DNA from: Eledone cirrhosa
Lineage: Eukaryota
NCBI GenBank assembly: GCA_964016885.1
Contig: OZ024743.1
Coordinates: 319,424,001-319,488,000 of the forward strand
Length of the DNA: 64,000 nucleotides
Reading direction: 5' to 3'
The notes under the pieces are model-generated. The model was not told the origin of the DNA. It ran no database searches and saw nothing but the letters and a program-made list of their open reading frames with translations. This document shows positions 24,168 to 37,380 of the stretch, in pieces. Within the stretch, counting starts at the first letter, position 1. Each line of letters starts with the position of its first letter. The translations under genes were made by a program, and so were the position numbers.

Positions 24168-27100
24168 CTTTCTTTCTTTATTAATCACAAGGGTTTCTTT
24201 ATTAATCACAAGACATTAAGGACAGTACAGGACAATACAGGACGGTACAAATGGGCCTTTCTGCGTGTAAAAAAAACATAAACAGGATGTAACAAAAAAT
24301 AACAATGAAAAATTCCCCAATAGGGGGGAGACTTCCGAGGGACATTTGTGGAGAAAGCCCATTAAAAGGCCACAGTCACCCTGACCACCAGGGCAAGTGC
24401 CCTGTCCCAGTTTTCAACCTTTAATTTACAGACACATACTCAGAGTAGGCCCATTCACTCGGGCCATACTTGCTTCTCTCACCCATCTTTCTACAAAATG
24501 CTGGGAAGAGAGCACTTCCCTCTCTACTCTGATTTTCCTTTTCAAATGAAATTTGAAAAAGTTAATCAGGGCATCACTGATGAGGTAAGTGCTCGTCTTC
24601 AGCCCTTTCAAACGTGTCCACCATACTATCTCTTTCGCCATGGCCACCAGACAGATAAAAACTGCCTGCCCTTCTCGGCTAAAGGAAGAGGGCGGGGCAA
24701 TCCTCACGATGGACTCAGCTGATAGCTGGATCCGTCCTACACGTGACAGCAGGTGTTCGACATAAACCCACTCGTCAGCAATGCTCGGACACTGGACGAG
24801 TGCATGCAGGACTGTTTCGTCGCCCTGCGCGCATCTCGGACATGCCCGGCTGACGGCACCTCCTTGCCTGTAGAGTTTATCCGGAACTGGCAAAGCTCCT
24901 CGGTAGCACTGCCAGGCCAGGGATTTCTGGAATTTGTCCATAGGCCCCGGCCCGAAAGTCCTTCCGAAGAGATTGGCTAGTTGATTTTCGTCGACGCCTA
25001 GAGTTTCTCCAAGTACGTCGTCGTTCTTCCCCTCCACTAATCCTTTATAGAACGCCAAGGTGGAGTTTCCACCGATCACATTGCCCGATTGGTCGAGGGC
25101 TGTGAGCGCCTGAAGACATTCCAGTCTCCAAGCGCTCCCTCTCGGTCTTCGCTTGACCCAGGACTGCAGCTCCGTCAAGGAGACGAGCTGGGGAAAGTCG
25201 TGTCTAGCAAACGGCGACCACACCTGATCACCGTCGAGGAAGAGGTGGAGATGCCGTAGCCTGAGCGCGTGTCTGCGCATCATCAGCCACGGCATTCCCA
25301 GCCCTCCACGTAGCGGGTGTTGACAGCAGATGGACCGCCTGACCATCGAGGCGCGTCCCTTCCACAAAAAGCGAAAGAGCAAACGCTCTAGCGCAGTCAG
25401 GCGAGGCTCGACGGTCAGGTGGTAGTAGATGACAGACGCGATGTACGCGTTAGCCACCTCCGCTCGACCTTTCAGGGATAGCTTCCTCTCCGCCCATTTC
25501 TGGGTGAGAGAAGCCACCCTGCTCGTCACTTCGTCCCAGTTTTTGTCCGTCTGGAGGTCCGGACCGAACCAGACCCCTAGCAATTTAACCGGTCCGTCCG
25601 TCCAGCGCCCGACGACCCTGTTGGACGGCATGGACCTGCCTCCCAGGTGCCGAGCTGCAGGCCCACTGACTTTTCCTGGTTGATCATTGCTCCTGTCACC
25701 GCTTCGTATTCTCTTAGTGTAGTGCCGATCGCCTCGATGTGTTTGGCGTTCGACACCACTACGGTGACATCGTCCGCATATGGTGACACGGATCTTCCGC
25801 ATCCTAGTTCGCGCGGGACCCCCCCCCTCAATGTCTCCAGTTTGTGCAGTAATGGCTCGTGAGTCAATACGTACAAGAGGGACGAGAGGGGACATCCTTG
25901 GCAGACCGAGCGCATGATGTTGAACGGTTCCGAAAGGTGACCGTTCACTATCACCACAGAGCAGATGTCGCTGTGCATGGCAGCGATCCAGCCTCTGAAG
26001 ACGGGCCCAAAGCCAGCCGCCCTCAGGACTGCCGCTAGGTAACGATGGTCGACCCTATCGAAAGCTTTCGACTGATCTAAATTGATCAAGGACCCACCCG
26101 TGCCAGGTTCCCTAGCTACCCTCTCTACGATGTATCGCATGAGGTGGAGGTTGTCGTGGATGGATCTGTCGGGAATGGCGCATGTCTGCGCCTCTCCCAC
26201 CAGAACACCAACGACAAGCGCCAACCTCTTTGCTAGCACCTTGGCCAAAATCTTGAACTCTGTGTTTAGCAGGGTTATGGGCCTGAAATTATCTAGGTTA
26301 TCCCCCTTGTTCGGATCCTTTCTCAGCAGCCCCACAGCTCCTCGGCTCACAGAGCTGGGAATTCTCCCGTTCTGTTGCCAGTTGCAGAAGACGTCCGCCA
26401 AGAGGCCTCCGAACAAGTCTGGCATCTGTACGTAAAGTTCATAGGGCAGACTATCCAAACCAGACGATTTACCCCTTGTGCAGCCTGTCATTGCCTCCAG
26501 TACTTCAGCGGCTGTTATCGGCTTTTCGCAACACTCCGCCTCAGTGGCCGAGAGCCGCGACAGTCCGTCGAGGTAGACACTAAAGTCTATCCCTCGATCC
26601 GGCCCACCGCTGCCCCCGAACAGCTGGGCGAAGTGTCGCTAGAAAGCTTCACACATTTGCTCGGGATCGAGTAGCATGCGCCCGTCGTGGTCCACCAAAG
26701 CCCGGATCGTGGCTTTGTTGCCACGACGCGCCTTCGCCACGACGCGCCTTCGCCACTCGGGCCCATTGAACGGCTTTCGTCCCCTCGTCTCTGAGAGCAT
26801 GCACCCTAGCTCTGACAACACAGCCTTCGTGCTTTGCATTGAAGAATTGGTCAAGGGCCAATTTCGCCGCAAGTAAGTCGGTCGCGATGCCTTTGCTAAG
26901 CGCCTCGTCTAATTTTCTAACTAATTCTCCCTCTGCTCTATTTTTCTCTATTGCTAAAGCCTTACTAAACCTAATGGACTCTATTCTAATCGCTCTTTTC
27001 AGAGCAAGCCACCACTTGTTGTTGACGATGGCCCACGTCAACGCCCGCTTAACTAGTTCGCTAATCCGGTCTCTGTAGGCCTTGCGCGCTGGTAAGGATG

Positions 27101-28499
27101 CGTTTAGCTTCCAGTAGCCGGGTCCTCATCTATGAAGCCTATCTAAGTCAAGCACACAGATCAAGAATTTGTGGTCCGTGTAGCTGACGATCTTGAATTG
27201 TGGAGAGCCTATGGTAGATTATCTATTTCCCCACAAAATACTCTATCTAGATATGATCTGGATGACCCTATCCGATTTGTCCAAGTCCACATTGGCACAT
27301 TCGGGAAATCCATTCGGTACCTGTCAGACATTTCAAAACGCTTAAGCAGGTTGGTGAGGCTCTTGCACTTTCCTCCCCTATCCGCTGATCCCACACAGTC
27401 CCAGTGTGCATCTAAGATCCCGTTCCAGTCGCCCACTAACACTAACGAGCGGGACGTTCCAAGAAAGGTCTCCAGACGCCGGAAGAAATCAGGCCGCCCT
27501 GCTCCTGTCGGGGCATAGATGGCCACTAGACTGAAAGCTTGCCCGTCTCCGCTGGTCACGTCCAGCACCACCAAATTACCTTCTGGGTCCAGGAAGATGG
27601 CCCGTATGGCGAGATCCAAACCTCTCCGAAAAAGCACAGCAACTCCTCCCCCCGATTCCGGACGGCTGGGAGATGCGTACACATCGTAGCCGCCGAAGAT
27701 CGGTGCGAAGGCCCGTGCTTCGGAGATTCTGGTCTCGTTGATGGCCACTACATCTATGTTTAGTTACCTGAGGTCGTTGAGCAGGTGGCCCTGCTTGCAT
27801 GACGACTCCAAGCCACGCGCATTTATGCTGCCTATTCTGAGTGAGGTCATGTTGAAATGGAGTGGAAAAGATGGGAAAGACCACTTACCTTACTTCTCGT
27901 AGAGGAAGGATGGTTTGTCCATCCTTTTCACTGCTTGTGGCCTCCTCCGGAAGGATGTCCTTATAAATCCTCCTGGAGAGTGTTTGTCGGAAGTCTCCGA
28001 TGTCTTTGGGGAATATTTGTTTTAGTGTCGTGTACGTTTTCTGTGTGATGCGAGTGATTTGTATGTGTGGAGGTGGTGTGAACTTTTGGGTTGTTGTGTA
28101 GTCTTTTTCTGTGATGCTGGTGTTGTGTTGGATGTAGTGTAATAATTGGTTGTTGTTCAAATTTAATGCTGTGTAGTGTGTATCGTTTTGGTTGTTTTGT
28201 TTTGTTTGCGTTTGTTGTGGGTTTGTTTCTGTTTCGCTTGTTGGTGACTTTTGTGGTGTTGGTGATGGTGGTGTTGGGGTTAATGATGGTGATGGTGTTG
28301 GTGTTTGTGGTGATGAGGTTGGTGATGCTGGTGTGGATGGTGGCATATCTGTCCTAACTTTTTTGTTTGATAGTTTATTTGTTTCCCTCTGTATTTTGTT
28401 TTGGGAGGGGGAAGGAAGAGAATTTTTTCTTTTTTGGATTCTTTTTTTCTTTTTTCCTGATACCGTTTCCCACTCCTCGTCGTCACAATCTGTCTCCAG
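24167..28499 (-). mobile_element. 5'-truncated Tx1 LINE subfamily 1, second copy
   Basis: Closely similar to 10761-15080; several frameshifts; truncated within ORF1. Confidence 0.94.
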
Positions 28500-28715
28500 T
28501 TGTCATAGGCGCACTAGGTACTATCTAAAAAAGTTTCCAGGGATGGTTAAAGAAAATTAGCCCCACCCCGCTTTTTGGAACGCTTCAAAAGGCATGCTTG
28601 CTGGGAACAGCAAGAACTCTCCGATACGTCCTGAATATCTGAGGCTGCAGGTAGTGGCTTGAAATTCATTTCAACAAACTTTCCAGTTAACTAACATCAA
28701 AGACTGAGACTCTAA

Positions 28716-28717
<2 letters not shown>
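28500..28717 (+). repeat. Direct duplicate of the R4 family-1 3' end (23902-24120)
   Basis: Near-identical sequence including the same in-frame ATC-TAA stop. Confidence 0.9.
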
Positions 28718-28767
<50 letters not shown>

Positions 28768-28770
28768 CAT

Positions 28771-28954
28771 TGTTTCTACTTTAGGCACAAGGCCAGCAAT
28801 TACCCAGTGCATTACTGGTACTTTATTTTTTCGACCCCGTAAGGATGAAAGGCAAAGTCTACCTCGGCGGGATTTGAACTCAGATCGTAAAGGGACGTAA
28901 CTATGCTGGAAATCATGGCGTCCGACCCTCTACCGATACTGCCAACCTACCGCC
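28771..28954 (-). mobile_element. Full-length SINE family A inside (AAT)n
   Basis: A/B boxes; AAT tracts on both sides. Confidence 0.93.
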
Positions 28955-29000
28955 ATAATAATAATAATAATAATAATAGTAATAATAATAATAATAATAA

Positions 29001-31365
29001 TACAAAACTTTTGGATAAATGCCTTCACAGAGTCTCATGAGCTGTTGGCCCAACTTTACAATGAAATAGTTAAGGAGCCAGAAAAGATACCATCATGGCT
29101 AGTTAACGGCATTATATTCCTGCTTCCGAAGAATGATGAGACAAACAATCCCAAAAATTACAGACCGATAACTTGCTTGACCACAATGTATAAAATGTTA
29201 ACATCAGTCCTAACTGAATATACATATGACCACCTGATAACAAATGACCTATTTCCCATTGAGCAGAAAGGGTGTAAACGAGGCTCATATGGCTGTAAGG
29301 ATCAGCTTCTGGTTAACAAAATGATACTGGAAGATTGTCATAATAGACACAAAAATCTATCGATTGCTTGGATAGATTATAAAAAAGCATTCGATAGTTT
29401 GCCACACAGTTGGATTGAAAAATGTTTAGAGATTTTCAAAATATCCCCCGTTGTCAGGAGGTTTTTGTCATTCAGTATGAGGACATGGAAAACGACACTC
29501 CTTTTGAATAGTGAAACAAAATCACTGGAAGCTGGAGAAGTTAATATTAATTGTGGAATTTTTCAGGGTGACTCTTTATCACCGCTTTTATTCAGCATCG
29601 CGCTTATACCATTACGTAAAATGCTCAATGAAACAAAACATGGATATAAAGTCTATGACAAAACCATTAATCACCTGTTCTAATTGGGTGACCTGAAACT
29701 ATTTGCAAAAAATGATGAACAATTGCATGGGCTATTATCCACTGTGGAGCAGTTCAGTGATGACATTAAAATGGAGTTTGGACTAGATAAATGCGCCAAA
29801 GCAACGTTCACCGGAGGAAAGCTGCTGAAGAGTTCAGACATTAATCTTGATCGGGGGAACGTGATAAGAGAACTTGATCAAGAAAAAACTTACAAATATC
29901 TAGGTGTTTGTGAAGGAGACGGAATCAAGCACTCGACAATGAGGGAAAGGATAAGGAAGGAATGTTACCACAGAGTAAGAGCAATCTTAAGAACGGAATT
30001 GAATGCAAGGAATAGGATCGATGCCATAAACACGCTTGCCATACCAGTAGTTACCTACAGTTACAATGTCATCAACTGGTCAAGCACAGAGATCCGTAGG
30101 CTCGATACAAAAATTCGAAAATTCTTAACCATGCACAGAATGCATCACCCTAAGGCAGATATAGATAGAATATATCTCCCTAGGAAAGAAGGAGGACGTG
30201 GGTTAATCCAGTTAGACATTGCGTTGAAAACTGCAACAATTGGATTATCTACATATCTAAGGGAATCACATGATTGGATGATCAAACTCGTTTTGAAACA
30301 CGAAAGCATCAAAAGATCATATTCCATCACAAAAGATGCACAAAGATACAGTAATGGACTACAAATTTCAGAAGTCCCATTTACTGCTGAAATGGAAAAC
30401 ACAGAAAAAGCAAAGCAGGTAAAAGTAACTGCAAAGAAAGAACTGCTACAGAAACTGGCTAAGAAATGGCAAGAAAAGCCTCTGTATGGAAAATACCCAG
30501 AGCGAACTAACAATCCTGATGTTGACAAAACTTTAACCCATCAGTGGTTGGCATCCTCTGGACTGAAATCGGAGACTGAAGGACTGATTATATCAGCACA
30601 AGATCAGTGTCTGCCAACAAAAAATTACCAAGCCAACATAATAAAATATGGATGCAGCCCATTATGCCGTGTATGCAAAAAACAACCAGAGACCATTGAC
30701 CATATAATTTCAATGTGCAGTCCTATAGCTCCAACCGAATACCTAAACAGGCATGACAGAGCTGCACAATACATACATTGGATAATGTGTAAGCATTTTG
30801 ACCTGCCCCATCAAAAGAATTGGTGGGAACATCAACCACTTCCCATACTTGAAAAAGATCACATCTCAATCTTGTGGAACTTTAGCATCCAAACAGACCG
30901 AAAAATAGATGCAAATAGACCTGATATAATATTGAAGGACTTTAAAAAGAGGGTATGCCTGCTAATTGATATGTCTGTTCCAATAGACAAGAATGTATCT
31001 ACAAAAACATTTGAAAAATTGAGGATCTGGAGATAGAAATTGGAAAAATGTGGAAAGTGAGAACTAAAACAATACCAGTGGTTGTAGGCGCTCTGGGAAT
31101 GATACCTAAGGGGTCTAATGATTACTTATCGCAAATCCCAGGAAACCCGCGTATAGGAGAAATACAAAAGATAGTACCAATGGGAACTGACCATATACTA
31201 AGGAAGATTCTGTCAATATAAGTACATCACAAGTCTAAACACTAAAGATGCATGTGTGAGTATGTATGTTCTTTCTTGAACATGGCGGACCTTGTTGTCT
31301 CTTGAGGTCACTGGTTGTGACTTGGTGATAACTCGTATGAACATAAAGCAAGATAAATGCAACTG
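29001..31365 (+). mobile_element. 5'-truncated R4/Dong-like element, family 2, copy 1
   Basis: RT motifs, CRVCKKQPETIDHIISMC, RHD, RPDII..LIDMSVP; stop at the Y of YMDD; AAT tail. Confidence 0.93.
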
Positions 31366-31388
31366 TAATAATAATAATAATAATAATA

Positions 31389-33913
31389 AAATTCATAATA
31401 TAAATGCCCCATGGATAGACAGACAAATGAAAGATACAGCTCACCTTGAGGAACAAATATGGGAAAATATAACAGTTGAACAGTTGCGTTTGGCTCTAAG
31501 AAAAACCAGCAAATGGAAATCCCCAGGAAAAGACAAAATACAAAACTTTTGGATAAATGCCTTCACAGAGTCTCATGAGCTGTTAGCCCAACTTTACAAT
31601 GAAATAGTTAAGGAGCCAGAAAAGATACCATCATGGCTAGTTAACGGCATTACATTCCTGCTTCCGAAGAATGATGAGACAAACAATCCCCAAAATTACA
31701 GACCGATAACTTGCTTGACCACAATGTATAACATTTTAACATCAGTCCTAACTGAATATACATATGACCACCTGATAACAAATGATCTATTTCCCATTGA
31801 GCTGAAAGGGTGTAAACGAGGCTCATATGGCTGTAAGGATCAGCTTTTGGTTAACAAAATGATACTGGAAGATTGTCATAATAGACACAAAAATCTATCA
31901 ATTGCTTGGATAGATTATAAAAAAGCATTCGATAGTTTGCCACACAGTTGGATTGAAAAATGTTTAGAGATTTTCAAAATATCTCCCGTTGTCAGGAGGT
32001 TTTTGTCATTCAGTATGAAGACATGGAAAACGACACTCCTTTTGAATAGTGAAACAAAATCACTGGAAGCTGGAGAAGTTAATATTAATTGTGGAATTTT
32101 TCAGGGTGACTCTTTATCACCGCTTTTATTCTGCATCGCACTTATACCATTAAGTAAAATGCTCAATGAAACAAAACATGGATATAAAGTCTATGACAAA
32201 ACCATTAATCACCTGTTCTAAATGGATGACCTGAAACTATTTGCAAAAAATGATGAACAATTGCAAGGGCTATTATCCACTGTGGAACAGTTCAGTGATG
32301 ACATTAAAATGGAGTTTGGACTAGATAAATGCGCCAAAGCAACGTTCACCAGAGGAAAGCTGCTGAAGAGTTCAGACATTAATCTTGATCGGGGGAACGT
32401 GATAAGAGAACTTGATCAAGAAAAAACTTACAAATATCTAGGTGCTTGTGAAGGAGACGGAATCAAGCACTCGACAATGAGGGAAAGGATAAAGAAGGAA
32501 TGTTACCGCAGAGTAAGAGCAATCTTAAGAACGGAATTGAATGCAAGGAATAGGATCGATGCCATAAACACGCTTGCCATACCAGTAGTAACCTACAGTT
32601 ACAATGTCATCAACTGGTCAAGCACAGAGATCCGTAGGCTCGATACAAAAATTCGAAAATTCTTAACCATGCACAGAATGCATCACCCTAAGGCAGATAT
32701 AGATAGAATATATCTCCCTAGGAAAGAAGGAGGACGTGGGTTAATCCAGTTAGACATTGCGTTGAAAACTGCAACAATTGGATTATCTACATATCTAGGG
32801 GAATCACATGATTGGATGATCAAACTCGTTTTGAAACACGAAAGCATCAAAAGATCATACTCCATTACAAAATATGCACAAAGATACAGTAATGGACTAC
32901 AAATTTCAGAAGTCTCATTTACTGCTGAAATGGAAAACACAGAAAAAGCAAAGCGGGTAAAAGTAACTGCAAAGAAAGAACTGCTACAGAAACTGGCTAA
33001 GAAATGGCAAGAAAAGCCTCTGTATGGAAAATACCCAGAACGAGCTAACAATCCTGATGTTGACAAAACTTTAACCCATCAGTGGTTGGAATCCTCTGGA
33101 CTGAAATCGGAGACTGAAGGACTGATTATATCAGCACAAGATCAGTGTCTGCCAACAAAAAATTATCAAGCCAACATAATAAAATATGGATGCAGCCCAT
33201 TATGCCGTGTATGTAAAAAACAACCAGAGACCATTGACCATATAATTTCAATGTGCAGTCCTATAGCTCCAACCGAATACCTAAACAAGCATGACAGAGC
33301 TGCACAATACATACATTGGATAATGTGTAAGCATTTTGACCTGCCCCATCAAAAGAATTGGTGGGAACCTCAACCACTTCCCATACTTGAAAAAGATCAC
33401 ATCGCAATCTTGTGGAACTTTAGCATCCAAACAGACCGAAAAATAGGTGCAAATAGACCTGATATAATATTGAAGGACTTTAAAAAGAGGGTATGCCTGC
33501 TAATTGATATGTCCGTTCCAATAGACAAGAATGTATCTATAAAAACATTTGAAAAATTGAGCAAGTATAAGGACCTGGAGATAGAAATTGGAAAAATGTG
33601 GAAATTGAGAACTAAAACAATACCAGTGGTTGTAGGCGCTCTAGGAATGATACCTAAGGGGTCTAATGATTACTTATCGCAAATCCCAGGAAACCCGCGT
33701 ATAGGAGAAATACAAAAGATAGTACTAATGGGAACTGCCCATATACTAAGGAAGATTCTGTCAATATAAATACATCACAAGTCTAAACACCTAAAGATGC
33801 ATGTGTGAGTATGTATTTTCTTTCTTGAACATGGCGGACCTTGTTGTCTCTTGAGGTCACTGGTTGTGACTTGGTGATAACTCGTATGAACATAAAGCAA
33901 GATAAATGCAGCT

Positions 33914-33914
<1 letters not shown>
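31389..33914 (+). mobile_element. 5'-truncated R4/Dong-like element, family 2, copy 2
   Basis: ORFs 31292-32221 and 32222-33769 are in one frame, separated only by TAA at HLF*MDD; AAT tail. Confidence 0.94.
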
Positions 33915-33971
<57 letters not shown>

Positions 33972-34298
33972 GAAGAAGAAGAAGAATGGGGAGCAGGAGG
34001 AGGATGAGAAGAAGAAGAAGAAGAATGGGGAGGAGGAGGAGGAGGAGGAGTGGGGTGGGTGGGTGGAGGAGAAGAAGAAGAAGAAGAAGAAGAAGAAGAA
34101 GAAGAAGAAGAAGAAGAAGAAGAAGAAGAAGAAGAAGAAGAAGAATGGGGAGAAGAAAAAGAAGAAAAAGAAGAAAAAGAAAAAGAAGAAAAAGAAGAAG
34201 AAGAATGGGCAGCAAGATGAGGATGAGAAGAAGAAGAAGAAGAAGAAGAAGAAGAAGAAGAAGAAGAAGAAGAAGAAGAAGAAGAAGAAGAAGAAGAA
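33915..34298. repeat. (AAT)n grading into (AAG)n/(GAG)n microsatellite
   Basis: Directly visible. Confidence 0.96.
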
Positions 34299-34354
34299 TA
34301 TATTTGTCTATAACTACAATTTATGCCACCACTTCACGAAACTTCCTTAATAAT

Positions 34355-34529
34355 TGTTTCTACTTTAGGCACAAGGCCAGCAATTACCAGTGCATTACTG
34401 GTACTTTATTTTATCGACCCCGTAAGGATGAAAGGCAAAGTCAACCTCGGCGGGATTTGAACTCAGATGGTAAAGGGACGTAACTATGCTGGAAAGCATG
34501 GCGTCCGACCCTCTACCGATACTGCCAAT
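34355..34529 (-). mobile_element. SINE family A
   Basis: Same sequence as the other copies. Confidence 0.92.
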
Positions 34530-35388
34530 GCATATTTCTTTGAGATTTTGAGAGATACATTTTCAAAAGTAAAGATTACGATTATAATGGTACAATGTTT
34601 AAAAGGATATCTAAACATAGACTGGGAAATGTTTTTATTTTGTTTTCTAATTTTACGTTACACTTTTACTCTTTTACTCTTTTACCTGTTCAAGCCATCC
34701 GACTGACGCCATGCTGGGGCACCGCCGTTGCTAAAGAATAATATAAATAAGGAAATTATCATAGGAACGTATCATGATTTCGTCAAGGGATTGTATACAA
34801 AACAAAGCTACTTTCATCGAGATAATCTTAATCTAAATCTCTGAAAGTCTATCTATTAAAAACATATGAGGAAACAAAATTTTGTGAGGACACTAACATG
34901 TAGGTATGTCATTTATACTGTATTTACATTCATCAAGGGAAAATACTACGAACGACAGAGATAGTTAATCAGAGTAGTGGGGACTTATAGAAAGGACACA
35001 ATATCTCTATTAAAATCATTGAGGTTATGTAACGATATTGGAATTGAATGTAAAATTAAGAATACAAAATAAGTAAAATTAAATGCAACATACATATAAG
35101 TTAACAAATAAAGGTATCATATATGTGGTGAAGGTGCATGGCTGAGTGGTTAGAGGATTAGATTCGCAATCAGACCGGGTAATGCATTATGTCCTTGGGC
35201 AAGACACGATGCTCCTTCTACCTGGAGTTGCGACCCATAGAGAGTATTAGCAATTGGAAAGACCAATGGAAACATTGTTCCCTCGTTCCGATTTGAGGAA
35301 AGTCGATCAACTGTCGATATATGTAGAAAACTGCGATATAAATTTAATCCGACACCCTAACGACTCTGTAAATTCGTTGCCTATACAT

Positions 35389-35660
35389 ATGATGGCTGCA
35401 ACTCGATTTCGAGTAATGCCATCACTTGATACTTCAGTATGAGCATCACGGACATGGCTTTTTAGTCCTGCTATGGCCAGCAATACCTTGCATCGCAAAA
35501 AATGTCATGTATCAAGCGATGCCTGTGATTGAAGCTTTTTTAAGTGAGAAAAGGCTTTGCACGGAGCTAATCCCGCTCTCTGAACATCGGATGCATTTGC
35601 CCCAAAAGAAGATCTGGTCAACATCATTGGATGCAAATGAAGACGCAGGTTTTATATAAA
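35389..35660 (-). mobile_element. Diverged relative of the RTE-derived non-autonomous element
   Basis: Shares CCAATGATGTTGAC...TTCTTTT, CACAGGCAT, GGACTAAAAAG.CA and CTCGAAA.CGAGTTG.CAGCCA blocks with 9338-9947. Confidence 0.65.
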
Positions 35661-35670
35661 AGAAATACTT

Positions 35671-35729
<59 letters not shown>

Positions 35730-35768
35730 GAATGAAAAATGGCGTGCTGCGTTGTTGCGAATATGAAC

Positions 35769-35890
35769 ATATGAATAAAAATAGACCGAGAAACAAGAAT
35801 GTCCTTCATCAGTAGCCTGCTGATTATCATGATAATCAGCAGGCTGCTGATGAAGGACATTCTTGTTTCTCGGTCTATTTTTATTCATAT
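35769..35890. repeat. 122 bp spacer-less palindrome
   Basis: 61 bp arms with one mismatch, centred at GATTATCA|TGATAATC. Confidence 0.93.
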
Positions 35891-36015
35891 ATATATATAT
35901 ATATATATATGAATAAAATATATATATATATATTCCTATTACCCACTCTACTACCCTAAGTATTGAGTACTTTGGTGCGATATGGTCCATCTGGTTCCTT
36001 ACTACATTTTCTTCG

Positions 36016-36080
<65 letters not shown>

Positions 36081-36778
36081 GGATAATTAACAAAGAGAAG
36101 ACGTCGAACGATAACAAGTCAAAACGAAAAAATATTTTGTAAGGGAAAGCTTAAAAAATTTTTTTTTTTAATATAAAGGCAGACGAAAGATACAGGAATA
36201 CAAGGTCTTCAGTCGTCGAGATAGACTTCTGACAGTTTCGACACATACCGACGGTAAAGCTGGTCTAGCTGGGGTCACAGCGTTGGGCATAAGCCTATAA
36301 ATTATAACAATTAAGTAAAACAATAAATTATAGCAATTAAGCCATAATAGTACACATAGATTTTATGTGATGACTAGGAGAAGGTATTCTGCTTTTTATA
36401 GCAACAAAAGACTCGTGAAAAAAGGAGGTAAAAAAGAAAACAGAAAAAGAAAGGTAAAAAAGGCAAGAAGAAGAAAGTATGATATCGTATTAAATAATGT
36501 ATTCCATTGATAAATATATGTATACGTATAATATATGCCATTATATATATTTATATAAACAATGAGTTATATGGTTTGTTGATTATCCAACAAAGTTAAT
36601 TTTACAACAGATTAGAAGCACTCAACAGTTTTTTTTTCGGAGTATCATTAATATTAATAATATTAATAAATGGAAAATATCTTTATAAAACCATATTTAT
36701 TTTATTATAGGTATTTCAAGGGTACTAATATTTAAGTACGCTTTCGTCAAATAAAATATAATAATTGGTATTAAGATA

Positions 36779-37173
36779 TATTTCTTTATTAGCCACAAGG
36801 GCGCGCAAGAAAAGGGGATAAAACAAGGACACATGCCGGGGATTTTACATAGAATCGTGTAAAAATATGAAACAAACAAATATAACAATCGAAATCCCCA
36901 ATAGGGGGCAGGCGCCACAAATGGGTTGTTTAATACCCTGTCGATAGAACAACCCTCAACTTCAAGAGCGCGTTGTGCAAGTGCACCTTTCTTCATTTTG
37001 CTCTCTTCTTCAACCTACAGGTTTATATACAGAGAATGCCCAATCACTCGGGCCATTTTTGCCACATTCACCCACCTTTCAGTAAATTTACTGGGGTTCA
37101 GTGCCTCTCTCTCCACTCTGATTCTCCTTCTAAAGTGATACCTAAAGAAAGGAATGAGTTGTCCGGAGAGAAA
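36779..37173 (-). mobile_element. Tx1 LINE subfamily 3, 3' fragment with 11 bp TSD
   Basis: Reverse-complement match to ~40320-40707; TSD gtatta(a/g)gata at 36768-36778 and 37174-37184. Confidence 0.85.
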
Positions 37174-37278
37174 GTATTAGGATAGTGACATATCTTCATA
37201 ACATAATGGCATAAGTCGATGGACTTATACCTTTAAGTTCACATGGAGATATGTCACTATCTTAATACCAATTATTAT

Positions 37279-37337
37279 ATTTTATCTGACGAAAGCGTAC
37301 TTAAATATTAGTACCCTTGAAATACGTATGATAAAAT
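37279..37337 (+). ncRNA. Type I hammerhead (mirror copy 36699-36757, minus)
   Basis: ATTTTAT-CTGACGA-AAGCGTACT-loop-AGTACCCTT-GAAAT-ACGT-ATG-ATAAAAT; this copy has G at the cleavage position, the mirror has ATA but C3U. Confidence 0.72.
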
Positions 37338-37380
37338 AAATATGGTTTTATAAAGATATTTTCCATTTATTAATATTACT

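Noticed and set aside
28771-28954. tRNA gene
   Set aside because: A/B boxes belong to a multi-copy SINE with extra body and tail; no proper cloverleaf
33841-34483. Poly-Lys/Arg ORFs
   Set aside because: Translations of (AAT)n/(AAG)n microsatellite
36225-36250. GAAAC-T-GTC on the minus strand as a hammerhead (similar partial motifs at ~10215-10235 and ~44600-44685)
   Set aside because: Only half of the core or several core mismatches; not supportable as ribozymes, at most relics
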